Program-made: the position numbers and the translations under genes
Origin: Bifidobacteriaceae bacterium
Lineage (GTDB): Bacteria; Actinomycetota; Actinomycetes; Actinomycetales; WQXJ01
DNA length: 64,000 bases
Direction: 5' to 3'
NCBI GenBank assembly: GCA_031281585.1
Contig: JAITFE010000056.1
Coordinates: 24,566 to 88,565 of the forward strand
Part shown: piece after piece, positions 1 to 9,556 of the stretch
Layout of the letters: each line of letters starts with the position of its first letter
Numbering within the stretch: the first letter of the stretch is position 1
Notes under the pieces: generated by a model
Databases searched by the model: none
Seen by the model: only the letters and a program-made list of their open reading frames with translations
Told to the model about the DNA's origin: nothing

Positions 1-1
1 C

Positions 2-289
2 AAGCGGGCGATGGCGGCAGCGACGGCCGCCGGCGAACTCGCGTCGCAAGCCGTGGGGCGCCGGCCAGCCGTTCCCGGCGGTCCCGAAGCTCGCGCGTTG
101 CGCCCGCATTTGACCGTCACCCGGGCGGCGGACCGCCCGGCCGTCAAGTCGGCCTTGAGCGCGCTCGCAATCTATCGGGGCCCGTCCTGGCTGGTCGAAG
201 AAGTCACGCTGATCTCCTCAGACCTGGGCCGGGGTCCCGGCGGCCACGCCCTCTACACCCTCCAATCGACTGTCCGCCTCCCCGTCTGA
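2..289 (+). CDS. 3' end of an unidentified protein-coding gene entering from upstream of the window (partial)
   Basis: The frame of track ORF 11..289 stays open to the window edge. Third codon positions are mostly G/C by eye, as in the confirmed genes here. No family recognised from the tail. Confidence 0.35.
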   Translation, partial: KRAMAAATAAGELASQAVGRRPAVPGGPEARALRPHLTVTRAADRPAVKSALSALAIYRGPSWLVEEVTLISSDLGRGPGGHALYTLQSTVRLPV

Positions 290-417
290 CCCGCCGACGC
301 GGGAATGTGTGTCCCCGTCGTTCGAAGAAAGGACCGTCCCCGGTTTGGCACGACGATGACCCGCCGACGCGGGCACATGTGTCCCCGTCGTTCGAAGAAA
401 GGACCGTCCCCGGTTTG
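289..417. repeat. two direct copies (289..347 and 359..417, 70-bp period) of a 59-bp unit between convergent gene ends
   Basis: The copies ACCCGCCGACGCGGGaAtaTGTGTCCCCGTCGTTCGAAGAAAGGACCGTCCCCGGTTTG differ at only two positions (lower case marks the region). Each starts with a small CCCGC..GCGGG hairpin and contains two GTCCCC boxes. Confidence 0.85.
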
Positions 418-453
418 AATGGTGGGGACAGTCGTTGGTGGCCGTTGGGGTGG

Positions 454-3400
454 TTACCGGGTCAGCTTCGCGACGCTCGCCGCCGCCACGTCCGTGGGCG
501 ACACGTCCACGGTCAGCGACAGAGCCAAGGTCTCGCGCTGGATGAGCTCCGCATGGGAGCGCACCGCCGCCGCCCAGGGGGCTGGCACCGACAGGGACAG
601 GGCGATCCGGTCCGCGACGTGCAGGCCGGAGGCCTTGCGCTCATCCTGGACCAGGCGGATCATGTCGCGGGCGTAGCCCTCGGCCAGCAGCGCGTCGTTG
701 ACCTTCAAGTCCAGCAGGGCGAAGCCGTTGCCGGACAAGACCGCGGCGCCCAGTTGGTCGCCCTCGCGGTCCTCGACCACGGTGCGGGCCGTGTACTCGC
801 CGTCCAGCAGCGGCACCTCGCCCTCCGGCGTAGTCGCCACGACCGCGCCGGAAGCGTCCCGCTCCCACGCGCCCGCCTTGACCGCCTTGATGACCGCCTG
901 CACGCCTCGGCCCAGCCGGGGCCCGGCCGCCCGCGCGTTGACCTCCAGACGGGTGTACACCCCGTGCCGGGCGGCCGCCTCCGCGGAATACTCGACGAAG
1001 GCCACATCCTTGACGTTGACCTCCGCCTTGACCAACTCCGCGAACGGCGCGAGCCGCTCCGCGTCCAAATCCGCCACCACCAGGGACGCCAACGGCTGGC
1101 GCACTTTCACGCCGTGCGCCTTGCGCATGGACAACGCCGCCGAGCAGACCTCCCGCACCCTTTCCATCACGGCGACCAGCGCGTCATCGGCCACCAAGGC
1201 GGCCGCGTCGGCGGAACCGGCGGCCAGCGACGGCCAGTCGCACAAATGCACCGACCGCCCCCCGGTCAGCCCGCGCCAGATCTCCTCGCTGATCATGGGC
1301 GCAAGCGGCGCCGTCACCCGCGTCAAGGTCTCCAGCACCGTCCACAGCACGTTGAACGCCGCCGGGTCCTCCGCCCAGAAGCGGTCGCGGGACTCGCGCA
1401 CGTACCAGTTGTTGAGCGCGTCCAGGAACTCGCGGACCGACTCGCACGCCTCCGGGATGAGGTATTGGTCCAGTTGCGCGGTCACGTCCTCGACCAGGGA
1501 CCGGGTCCGGGCCAGGATGTACCGGTCCAGTTCGCCCAGCCCCTCATGGTCTTGGGCGCCCACCCGCCGCCCCCGAACCCCGGCCCCGGCGTTCGCCGAG
1601 TTGGCGTAAAGCCCGAAGAACGACCAGGTGTTCCAAAGGGGCAGCAGCACTTGGCGCACCGCGTCCCGGATCGCCTCGTCCGTCACCACCAGGTTGCCGC
1701 CCCGCAGGATCGCCCCGGACATCAGGAACCACCGCATCGCGTCCGCCCCGTCCCGTTCGAACACCATCCGCACGTCCGGGAAGTTGCCTTTCGACTTCGA
1801 CATTTTCAGGCCGTCGTCCCCGAGCACAATGCCGTGTGTCAGGCAAGTCCGAAAGCTCGGCTTGTCGAACAAGGCCGTCGCCAGGACGTGCAACGTGTAG
1901 AACCAGCCGCGCGTCTGGCCGATGTACTCGACGATGAAATCGCCCGGATAGTGCGACTCGAACCATTCGCGGTTCTCAAACGGGTAGTGCACCTGCGCGA
2001 ACGGCATGGAGCCGGACTCGAACCAGCAGTCCAGCACCTCGCCCACCCGCCGCATGGTCGACTTCCCGGTCGGATCGGACGGATTCGGCCTGGTCAACTG
2101 GTCTATGGCGGGTCGGTGCAGGTCGTCCGGGCGCACCCCGAAGTCCCGTTCCAAGTCGTCCAGCGACCCGTACACGTCCACCCTGGGATAAGCCGGGTCG
2201 TCGGAGACCCAGACCGGGATGGGCGAACCCCAGTAGCGGTTCCGGGAGATGGACCAGTCCCTGGCGCCCTCCAGCCATTTGCCGAACTGCCCGTCGCGGA
2301 CATGCTCCGGGGACCACTCGATCTCCTGGTTGAGCTCCACCATCCGGTCCCGGAACTTGGTCACCGCCACAAACCAGGAGGAGACGGCGTATTGGATAAG
2401 CGGCGTGTCGCAGCGCCAGCAGTGCGGGTAGGGATGGTCGTAGGTTTCCTGGCGCAGCAACTGGCGCGACTCTTTCAGTGCCTGCGTGATCGGCTTGTTC
2501 GCCTCGAACACGCCCAGGCCCTGCCAGGTGGTCACCGGGGCGGTGAACCGGCCCGCCGAATCGACCGGGTTGACCAACTCGATCCCCGCCGAATCGGTCA
2601 CCGCCTTGTCCTCCTCGCCGTAGGCCGGCGCGATGTGCACCAGCCCGGTGCCGTCCTCCGTGGTGACGTAGTCCGCCGCGAGCACCCTGAAGGCGCCCTT
2701 GGCGGCCTGGTCCTGGAAGAAGTCGAACAGCGGCCGGTAGCGCAATCCCACCAACTCGCTCCCCTTGAAGCGCCCGATCACGTCCGGCTGTTCCCCCAAC
2801 TCCCGCGCGTAGGCGCGCAGCCGGGCCTCGGCCAGCAGCACGCGTTCCCCGGCCATGTTCTCCGGGGCGACCAGGACGTAGTCCACCTCCGGGTTGACCG
2901 CCAGCGCCAGGTTGGATGGCAGCGTCCACGGGGTGGTGGTCCAGGCCAGCGCCACGGCGCCCGCCAAACGCTGGTGGACGGCCCGCCGCGACTGGGCGGC
3001 CTGAGCGACCCCCGCGTCCTCCGGGGCGCCGGCTGAGGTGCCGGAACCGGGCCGGACGGCATCGTCGGCATTGCCCGTCTCGTCTGCGTAAAGCTCGAAG
3101 CCAACGGTGACGGCGGTGTCTTGGCGCTGGCGGTAGACCTCGTCCATGCGGGTCTCCGAGGCGGACAGGGGCGTGCCGCAGCGGAAGCAGTACCAGAGGA
3201 CCTGGTGGCCCTCGTAGATCAGGCCCTTGTCCCAAAGCGTCTTGAAGGCCCACATGACGGACTCCATGTAGGGCAGGTCCAACGTCTTGTAATCGTTGGC
3301 GAAGTCCACCCAGCGAGCCTGGCGGGAAACGTAGTCCTCCCACTGGTCCGTGTACCGCAGGACGGAGGCGCGGCAGGCGGCGTTGAACTCGGCCACCCCC

Positions 3401-3777
3401 ATGCGGTCGATCTCCGACTTGTTCTTGATGCCAAGTTCCCGCTCCGCCTCGATCTCCGCCGGCAACCCGTGGCAGTCCCAGCCGAACCGGCGCTCCACCC
3501 GCCGCCCGCGCATGGTCTGGTAGCGCGGCACCACGTCCTTGACGTAACCGGTCAGCAGGTGCCCGTAGTGGGGCAGGCCGTTGGCGAAGGGCGGGCCGTC
3601 GTAGAACACGAACTCGTTCGCCCCGGCCCGGCCGTCCTGGTCCGCCGCCCGCTGGTCGATCGACGCCTGAAAGGTCCGGTCCTCGCCCCAGTACGCCAGG
3701 ATCTCATGTTCAAGGGTGGGGAAGGCGGCCTTGGCCGGGACGTCTGTCAGGTCGGGACGGTGAAGTGGGTAAGCCAT
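454..3777 (-). CDS. ileS: isoleucyl-tRNA synthetase
   Basis: 1107 aa ORF with the class I motifs PHYGHLLTG (HIGH) and LKMSKSKGN (KMSKS), IleS-like overall length and organisation, and an Ile T-box leader immediately upstream. Confidence 0.95.
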   Translation of the reverse strand: MAYPLHRPDLTDVPAKAAFPTLEHEILAYWGEDRTFQASIDQRAADQDGRAGANEFVFYDGPPFANGLPHYGHLLTGYVKDVVPRYQTMRGRRVERRFGWDCHGLPAEIEAERELGIKNKSEIDRMGVAEFNAACRASVLRYTDQWEDYVSRQARWVDFANDYKTLDLPYMESVMWAFKTLWDKGLIYEGHQVLWYCFRCGTPLSASETRMDEVYRQRQDTAVTVGFELYADETGNADDAVRPGSGTSAGAPEDAGVAQAAQSRRAVHQRLAGAVALAWTTTPWTLPSNLALAVNPEVDYVLVAPENMAGERVLLAEARLRAYARELGEQPDVIGRFKGSELVGLRYRPLFDFFQDQAAKGAFRVLAADYVTTEDGTGLVHIAPAYGEEDKAVTDSAGIELVNPVDSAGRFTAPVTTWQGLGVFEANKPITQALKESRQLLRQETYDHPYPHCWRCDTPLIQYAVSSWFVAVTKFRDRMVELNQEIEWSPEHVRDGQFGKWLEGARDWSISRNRYWGSPIPVWVSDDPAYPRVDVYGSLDDLERDFGVRPDDLHRPAIDQLTRPNPSDPTGKSTMRRVGEVLDCWFESGSMPFAQVHYPFENREWFESHYPGDFIVEYIGQTRGWFYTLHVLATALFDKPSFRTCLTHGIVLGDDGLKMSKSKGNFPDVRMVFERDGADAMRWFLMSGAILRGGNLVVTDEAIRDAVRQVLLPLWNTWSFFGLYANSANAGAGVRGRRVGAQDHEGLGELDRYILARTRSLVEDVTAQLDQYLIPEACESVREFLDALNNWYVRESRDRFWAEDPAAFNVLWTVLETLTRVTAPLAPMISEEIWRGLTGGRSVHLCDWPSLAAGSADAAALVADDALVAVMERVREVCSAALSMRKAHGVKVRQPLASLVVADLDAERLAPFAELVKAEVNVKDVAFVEYSAEAAARHGVYTRLEVNARAAGPRLGRGVQAVIKAVKAGAWERDASGAVVATTPEGEVPLLDGEYTARTVVEDREGDQLGAAVLSGNGFALLDLKVNDALLAEGYARDMIRLVQDERKASGLHVADRIALSLSVPAPWAAAVRSHAELIQRETLALSLTVDVSPTDVAAASVAKLTR

Positions 3778-4010
3778 GGCGCCGGTGGTCCTTTTCGCGG
3801 TATTTGTCGGTCGTGTTGTTCGCTTTCACCGCGAGGACGATGCCGTCCGTTGGGCCAGGCTTCACGCCTTCAGGCCCGCTGTGAGCACCGCGGTACCACC
3901 TCGCTTGCCCGCGTCCCTTGGGCCGCGAGCCGCTTCGTCGATCAGGGCATTGGCCGCGCCCTGGGGCGCCCGGTTCTAGTGAGACCACGCGCGCCTGGCC
4001 CGCCAGGCCG
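3778..4010 (-). promoter_or_regulatory. T-box leader (tRNA-Ile sensing) of ileS, probably the translational type
   Basis: The canonical T-box core GGTGGTACCGCG lies on the minus strand at 3900..3889. A candidate AUC specifier sits in CCCUGAUCGACG at 3942..3940. The segment AAGGACCACC (3793..3784), which contains the likely SD just upstream of the ATG at 3777, is complementary to the GGUGGU of the T-box. The outer boundaries are approximate. Confidence 0.75.
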
Positions 4011-4161
4011 CAAGGTCCGTTCTTCCGGGGAGCTCGCCGGTGATAGCCGGGTCGGTGCTCGCCAACCGCACAACTCTAGCCGATCCGGGCCTATTCCCGG
4101 CCGCATGGGCGCGTTCGCCCGCCTGGCCGGGTGGCCGCCCTTCCGACCGCCGGCAGGGCGG

Positions 4162-4620
4162 TCAAGCCCCGGGGCCGGACGGGGTTCGCTGGGCTTCGGC
4201 GGCCTCGAATAGCCGGGTCGTCAGGCCGTATAGCCGCTGGACGTTGTTTTCCAGGCCGTAGTAGTGCCCAATGTAGGCGGCCTCCAGGCCGAGGAGCATC
4301 AGGTTGAGAGCGATCAGGCCGGCCAAGGTGGGGCCGTCCGGGTCACCGGCGGCCAGGAACCAGGCCAGGGCGGCCAAGGCGGCGACGGCCAGTCCCCCGA
4401 AGAAGAACGTGACCAGCAGGTGGATCAGGCGCTCGTGTTGGAAGTTTTGGGTTTGGCGGTGATGGTAGTCGGCGAGTCGGCTGAGCCTCTCCCGGTCTCC
4501 GTCAATCCCGGCCAGCCGTTCCTCCACGGCCTCAATGTGCGCCCTGATCCGCGCGTTCACGCAAAAGAGCCTACTGCGGCGCCCCGGCGGCGCGCGTGCC
4601 AGACGCCCTCTGAGGCCCAA
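4162..4620 (-). CDS. hypothetical membrane protein (two predicted TM helices)
   Basis: The ORF has balanced composition and hydrophobic stretches (LLVTFFFGGLAVAALAALAWFLAA, LAGLIALNLMLLGLEAAYIG). The start is uncertain; a GTG near 4560 is an alternative. No family recognised. Confidence 0.5.
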   Translation of the reverse strand: MGLRGRLARAPPGRRSRLFCVNARIRAHIEAVEERLAGIDGDRERLSRLADYHHRQTQNFQHERLIHLLVTFFFGGLAVAALAALAWFLAAGDPDGPTLAGLIALNLMLLGLEAAYIGHYYGLENNVQRLYGLTTRLFEAAEAQRTPSGPGA

Positions 4621-4717
4621 TTCCCCGTCGCGGGCGAGTTCAAGGCCCCACGCCGCCCGGACGGCGCTCCCGCGCCGGATGTGTCTTCACCCGAAGCATC
4701 TGGGAGGATAGGACACC

Positions 4718-7414
4718 GTGAGCCAACACCGTCAGTTATCCCATCTGCACCCCGCCGTGCCCGAACGCCCCGCCCTGGACGGGTTGGAGGACAAATGGGA
4801 CAAGGCCTGGTCAGAGCAAGGCGTCTACACGTTCCAGCCCGGCACCCCGCGTGAGCAGGTCTTTTCCATTGACACGCCGCCGCCAACCGTCTCCGGGTCG
4901 CTGCATGTGGGCCACGTCTTCTCCTACACCCACACCGACGTTGTGGCGCGCTTCCAGCGCATGCGCGGCAAGGACGTCTTCTACCCCATGGGCTGGGACG
5001 ACAACGGGCTCCCGACCGAACGCCGGGTGCAGAACTACTACGGCGTGCGCTGCGAGCCGTCGCTCCCGTACGACCCGGATTTCACCCCGCCGCAAGAAGG
5101 CGGCGAGGGCAAGTCCACCAAGGCCGCCCACCAGGTGCCCATCTCGCGCCGGAACTTCGTCGAGCTGTGCGAGCGCCTCTCGTCCCAGGACGAGAAGCAG
5201 TTCGAGGCCCTCTGGCGCCACTTGGGGCTTTCCGTCGACTGGTCGCAGACGTACCAGACCATCGACCGCCACTCGCGCGCCACCTCGCAGTTGGCGTTTC
5301 TCCGCAACCTGGCCCGCGGCGAGGCCTACCAGCAGTTGGCCCCCACGCTTTGGGATGTGACCTTCCGCACGGCCGTCGCCCAGGCCGAGTTGCTCGACAA
5401 GGACCAGCCCGGTGCCTATCACCGGATCGGCTTTAGCCGCGCGGAAGGGCCTTCCGCGAACCCCGCCGATGCCGTCCGCCCGCCCGCCGCGGCCGCCCAG
5501 CCCGGTCAGCGGGTTTTCATTGAGACGACCCGACCCGAACTGCTTCCCGCCTGCGTCGCCTTGGTGGCGCACCCCGATGACGAGCGCTACCAGGACTTGT
5601 TCGGCGCCCATGTGGTGGTGCCGCTGTTCGGCACCGAGGTGCCGGTGGTGGCCCACCGGCTGGCCGAGCCGGACAAGGGCTCCGGGATCGCCATGGTCTG
5701 CACCTTCGGCGACGTCACGGACGTGATCTGGTGGCGCGAGCTTCACCTGCCGACCAGGGCGATCCTGGGCTGGGACGGCCGCGTCCTGCCGGAGCCGCCC
5801 ATGGGGATCGACTCGGAGGAGGGCTTGGCGAACTACGCCCAACTGGCCGGGCTGACGGTGTTCAGCGCCCGCCAGCGCGTGGTGGAGTTGCTCCGCGAGG
5901 CGGGCGACATGGAGGGCGAGCCCCAGCCGATCGAGCACAAGGTCAAGTTCTTCGAGAAGGGCGAGAAGCCGCTCGAGATCATCCCGACCCGCCAGTGGTA
6001 TTTGACGAACGGGGGCACCGGCGAGGAGTTGCGCGCCCAGTTGCTGGCCCGCGGCGACGAGTTGACCTGGTTCCCGGAGTTCATGCGCGTGCGCTACCAG
6101 AACTGGGTCGAGGGGCTGAACAGCGACTGGCTGATCTCCCGCCAGCGCTTCTTCGGCGTGCCGTTCCCGGTCTGGTATCCGGTGGACCAGTTCGGCCACC
6201 CGGTCTACGACCGGCCGATCCTCCCGCCGGAGGACGCGCTGCCGGTCGACCCGGCCTCGGACGCGCCCGCCGGCTACAAGCCCGAGCAGCGCGGCAAGCC
6301 CGGCGGCTTCATTGGCGACCCGGACGTGATGGACACCTGGGCCACGTCCTCGCTGACCCCGCAGATCGCCACCCACTGGCGCGACGACCAGGGCTTGTAC
6401 CAGTCGACTTTCCCAATGGACCTCCGCCCGCAGGCCCAGGACATCATCCGCACCTGGCTGTTCGCCACGGTGGTCCGGGCGGACCTGGAGCAACACTCCT
6501 TGCCCTTCTACAACGCCGCCATCAGCGGTTTCATCCTCGACCCGTTCCGCAAGAAAATGTCCAAGTCGGTGGGCAACGTGGTCACCCCGATGGGTTTGCT
6601 ACAGGAGCACGGGTCCGATGCCGTCCGTTACTGGGCCGCCTCCGCCCGCCTTGGCACCGACGCGGCTTTTGACCCCGGCCAGATGAAGGTCGGGCGGCGC
6701 CTCGCGATCAAGCTCCTGAACGCCTCGAAGTTCGCGCTCTCCTTCCTGGCCGAGGAAGAGGCGGCTGCTTCGGCGGCCGGGCCGAAGCTGGTCCTCGACC
6801 CGGCGTTGGTGACCGACCCGCTGGACTTGTCCATGTTGGCCGCCCTGCGGGAGGTCGTGGCGACCGCGACCGAGGCCCTTGCGGGTTACGACCACACGCG
6901 GGCGTTGGAGGTGACGGAGACCTTCTTCTGGACGTTCTGCGACGACTACATCGAATTGGTCAAGGCGCGCGCGCATGGGGCGGTTGGCCCCGAGGGCGCC
7001 GAGTCGGCCCGCACTGCCCTGGGCTTGGCCCTGTCGGTGCTGCTCCGGTTGTTCGCGCCGTTCCAGCCTTTCGCCACGGAGGAGGTCTGGTCCTGGTGGC
7101 ACCAGGCGGGTGACTCGATTCACCGCGAGCCGTGGCCCACCCCGGACGAACTGGGCGGAGACTGCTCCAAGCCAGGCGACCCGACCGTCTTGGCGGTGGC
7201 CGGCGGCGTGCTGGGCGCGCTCCGGCGGGCGAAGTCTGAGGCCAAGGTCTCAATGCGCACCGAGATCGAGTCCGCGACGGTGGCCGTCCCGGCCAACTTG
7301 ACCGCCGCGGCGGTGGCCGCCAAGTCCGACATCATGGCGGCGGGCCGAACGGCGGACCTGACGCTGGCGGCCTCCGACACGGAGACAATCACCCTGCTCC
7401 AATCCACCCTGTAA
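4718..7414 (+). CDS. valS: valyl-tRNA synthetase
   Basis: 898 aa with SGSLHVGHVFSY (HIGH-type) and RKKMSKSVGN (KMSKS), and editing and anticodon-binding regions of ValS-like length. GTG start preceded by GGGAGGA. Confidence 0.9.
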   Translation: MSQHRQLSHLHPAVPERPALDGLEDKWDKAWSEQGVYTFQPGTPREQVFSIDTPPPTVSGSLHVGHVFSYTHTDVVARFQRMRGKDVFYPMGWDDNGLPTERRVQNYYGVRCEPSLPYDPDFTPPQEGGEGKSTKAAHQVPISRRNFVELCERLSSQDEKQFEALWRHLGLSVDWSQTYQTIDRHSRATSQLAFLRNLARGEAYQQLAPTLWDVTFRTAVAQAELLDKDQPGAYHRIGFSRAEGPSANPADAVRPPAAAAQPGQRVFIETTRPELLPACVALVAHPDDERYQDLFGAHVVVPLFGTEVPVVAHRLAEPDKGSGIAMVCTFGDVTDVIWWRELHLPTRAILGWDGRVLPEPPMGIDSEEGLANYAQLAGLTVFSARQRVVELLREAGDMEGEPQPIEHKVKFFEKGEKPLEIIPTRQWYLTNGGTGEELRAQLLARGDELTWFPEFMRVRYQNWVEGLNSDWLISRQRFFGVPFPVWYPVDQFGHPVYDRPILPPEDALPVDPASDAPAGYKPEQRGKPGGFIGDPDVMDTWATSSLTPQIATHWRDDQGLYQSTFPMDLRPQAQDIIRTWLFATVVRADLEQHSLPFYNAAISGFILDPFRKKMSKSVGNVVTPMGLLQEHGSDAVRYWAASARLGTDAAFDPGQMKVGRRLAIKLLNASKFALSFLAEEEAAASAAGPKLVLDPALVTDPLDLSMLAALREVVATATEALAGYDHTRALEVTETFFWTFCDDYIELVKARAHGAVGPEGAESARTALGLALSVLLRLFAPFQPFATEEVWSWWHQAGDSIHREPWPTPDELGGDCSKPGDPTVLAVAGGVLGALRRAKSEAKVSMRTEIESATVAVPANLTAAAVAAKSDIMAAGRTADLTLAASDTETITLLQSTL

Positions 7415-7469
7415 AAACGGGGACGGTACCTATTTCCGGCGAGCCGGAAATAGGTACCGTCCCCGTTTT
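7414..7469. repeat. palindromic GGGGACGGTACC-core element, probable bidirectional terminator (valS > < permease)
   Basis: AAAACGGGGACGGTACCTATTTCCGGC-GA-GCCGGAAATAGGTACCGTCCCCGTTTT. The arms are perfect complements, with an A-run on one side and a T-run on the other. Confidence 0.85.
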
Positions 7470-7516
7470 CGGGTGGGCCCGGCGGAGGCCGGGAGCAGAC
7501 GCCGTCCCCGCTGCGG

Positions 7517-9556
7517 TCACTCGCGGCGCAGTAGTTCCGGGGTTAGGCGGATCCGGGTGAGCGGCACGGTGAACGCCGCGATCAGAGCCGCGCCGAAGAC
7601 CACCGCGCAAAGGGCGATGCCCAGTTGCGGCCAGGGAAAGTCCACGTAGTCGAGCCGGTAGTCGGGCAGCCAGTAGCAAAGGAGCGCCGCCGCCCCGCCC
7701 ACCGCGCCCAACACCACCGCGCCTCCCAAAGGCGCTGAGACCTGCAGCAACTGCGCCCGCCGCAGCACGCCGCCCGGAATCCCCAGCGCGAACTGGCGGG
7801 CCATGATGGCGCGCCGCTCCCTCGCCCGGTCCACTCCGGCGATCATCAGGTTGAGCAAGGCGACCGCGACCGCCAGGGCGATCAGCGCCCAGAACCCCGT
7901 CAGCAGCATCACCGCTTCGCGGTAGTACCGGAGGTCCTCGCCCGTGGCGACCAGCCCCAGCGGGCCGACCGCCTCCGCGAGGCGGTCTTGCGCCTCCAGG
8001 CCCGGCTGGTCCACCAGCACAAACAGTTCGTCCGGCTCTCCCAAGGCGGCGGCCAATTGACGCGGGATGAACCAGCCGCCGTAGTCCGGCCGCCAACGCG
8101 TGCCCTGGTCGCGGACCGGCACGGGCGGAAGATCCACAACCTCCTCAGACACGGGGAATCGGACCGGCGGCGCGTCCGGCCGGCGGTCCAGCGTCAATGT
8201 CAGCGCGTCGATGTCCGGCCGCACGGGCTCTTCTTGGGCGCCGTAGATGCTGTACTGGCTGGGGCCCGGCAGCATCCAGCGGACTTCCTGGTCGCTGCAA
8301 TTCGTCGCGCCCGGCATGATCACCGCCAGGTCGGCGCACGTCGCCACGATCACGGCCTCGCCGCAGTATTCGCGGTCGGGGTCGCATTCCCAGACTTCCG
8401 CCCCCGGTTCGGGGCCCCAAGCGAAGTCCCATTGGCCCGTCACCAAGCGGGCCTCGGGCAGCGCCGCCACCGCCGCCTCGACGGACGGCGCGATGGTCGG
8501 CGCTTGATCGCCGGCGAGCCAGATCGGCTCGCCATCGGCGGTGGTCACGTCGGGCGGCCTGGCTTCGCCAGCGTCTCCCGCCGGCTCCGGGCGCAGGGTC
8601 ACCGCTTGCGGCCCGTCCTTCAGCACCCGTTCGCCCCAGCGCATCCCGCCGTTGTTGTCCATCTTCCAAAGCTGACCCGCAGACGCGACCATCAAGAAGA
8701 CCACCGCGCCAAGCCCCAGCACCAGCCGCGCCCCCGAGGCCGGCTCCGCCAGGATTCCCCGCCCCGCCAACCGGACCGAAGGGCGTCGGCTTCGCGCGAG
8801 GCGCCTCCCCACGCGGTCCTGGATCAGCGGCACGCCCAGCGCCATCCCGACCACCACGCCCGCCACGCCCGCCAGGACCAAGCCGCCCCGCAGTTGGCCG
8901 GGGCGCAATCCGGGGACGGTGCTCAACCAAACCAGCAGGCCGGCGCCTGCGGCGAACGGCCCCAGCCGCCACCAGCCGGGCCGTCCGCGCCCGGTGCGCG
9001 CCCGCTGGCTCTGCGGCTCTGCCCGCAGGCGCCGCGCCGGCGCGGCGGCCAGCACGGCCGAGCCGAGCCCCAGGGCCAAAGGGATCCCGGCCAGCCAGCC
9101 CGGCCCCAATTCCAACGTCCCCGGCAACACCCGCTGCCCGTTTACCACCAACCCCGCCGATGCCGCCGGCCCCAGCAAAGCGAACAATCCCACTCCGACG
9201 CCGGCCCCGGTCAGCGCCAGCAAGCCGTTTTCGGCCATGGCGACAGCCCCGGTTCGTCCGGGGCTTACTCCCAGCAGGCGAAGGGTCGCCAACCGGCGGT
9301 CGCGGGTCGCGGACGAGAGGCGCCCGACCGTCGCCAACAGCATGAACACGGGAATGACCACGAACATCATCACCACGGCCACGGCCTGCCTGGCCGCCGG
9401 ATCGAGGGCGTCACCCTGGCCGGTCAGCGCCCCGGGCAGGGCGGCCAACCCCGCTATCAGGAGCGCGGCCACGGCGTTGCCGGTCATGATCCCCAGTTTG
9501 CGTCCCAGCGAATCAGCCCGGATGAAACGCCAAGCGACCCTCAGCGTGGCGCCCAT
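7517..9556 (-). CDS. ABC transporter permease, FtsX-like family
   Basis: 679 aa. There are hydrophobic modules at both ends with a large Cys-containing middle domain. It lies directly downstream of, and overlaps, an ABC ATPase ORF in a PadR-headed operon. Confidence 0.75.
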   Translation of the reverse strand: MGATLRVAWRFIRADSLGRKLGIMTGNAVAALLIAGLAALPGALTGQGDALDPAARQAVAVVMMFVVIPVFMLLATVGRLSSATRDRRLATLRLLGVSPGRTGAVAMAENGLLALTGAGVGVGLFALLGPAASAGLVVNGQRVLPGTLELGPGWLAGIPLALGLGSAVLAAAPARRLRAEPQSQRARTGRGRPGWWRLGPFAAGAGLLVWLSTVPGLRPGQLRGGLVLAGVAGVVVGMALGVPLIQDRVGRRLARSRRPSVRLAGRGILAEPASGARLVLGLGAVVFLMVASAGQLWKMDNNGGMRWGERVLKDGPQAVTLRPEPAGDAGEARPPDVTTADGEPIWLAGDQAPTIAPSVEAAVAALPEARLVTGQWDFAWGPEPGAEVWECDPDREYCGEAVIVATCADLAVIMPGATNCSDQEVRWMLPGPSQYSIYGAQEEPVRPDIDALTLTLDRRPDAPPVRFPVSEEVVDLPPVPVRDQGTRWRPDYGGWFIPRQLAAALGEPDELFVLVDQPGLEAQDRLAEAVGPLGLVATGEDLRYYREAVMLLTGFWALIALAVAVALLNLMIAGVDRARERRAIMARQFALGIPGGVLRRAQLLQVSAPLGGAVVLGAVGGAAALLCYWLPDYRLDYVDFPWPQLGIALCAVVFGAALIAAFTVPLTRIRLTPELLRRE

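Noticed and set aside
307-3036. 909 aa ORF on the plus strand, with other long ORFs (698..1609, 1976..3343), across the ileS locus
   Set aside because: It is antisense or out of frame to a full-length IleS with intact motifs. The translations are Arg/Gly/Pro/His-rich low complexity, typical of shadow ORFs in very GC-rich DNA.
4811-6496. 561 aa minus-strand ORF and several 100-300 aa ORFs overlapping valS
   Set aside because: They overlap a complete ValS. The composition is Arg/Gly/Ala-biased with no recognisable motifs.
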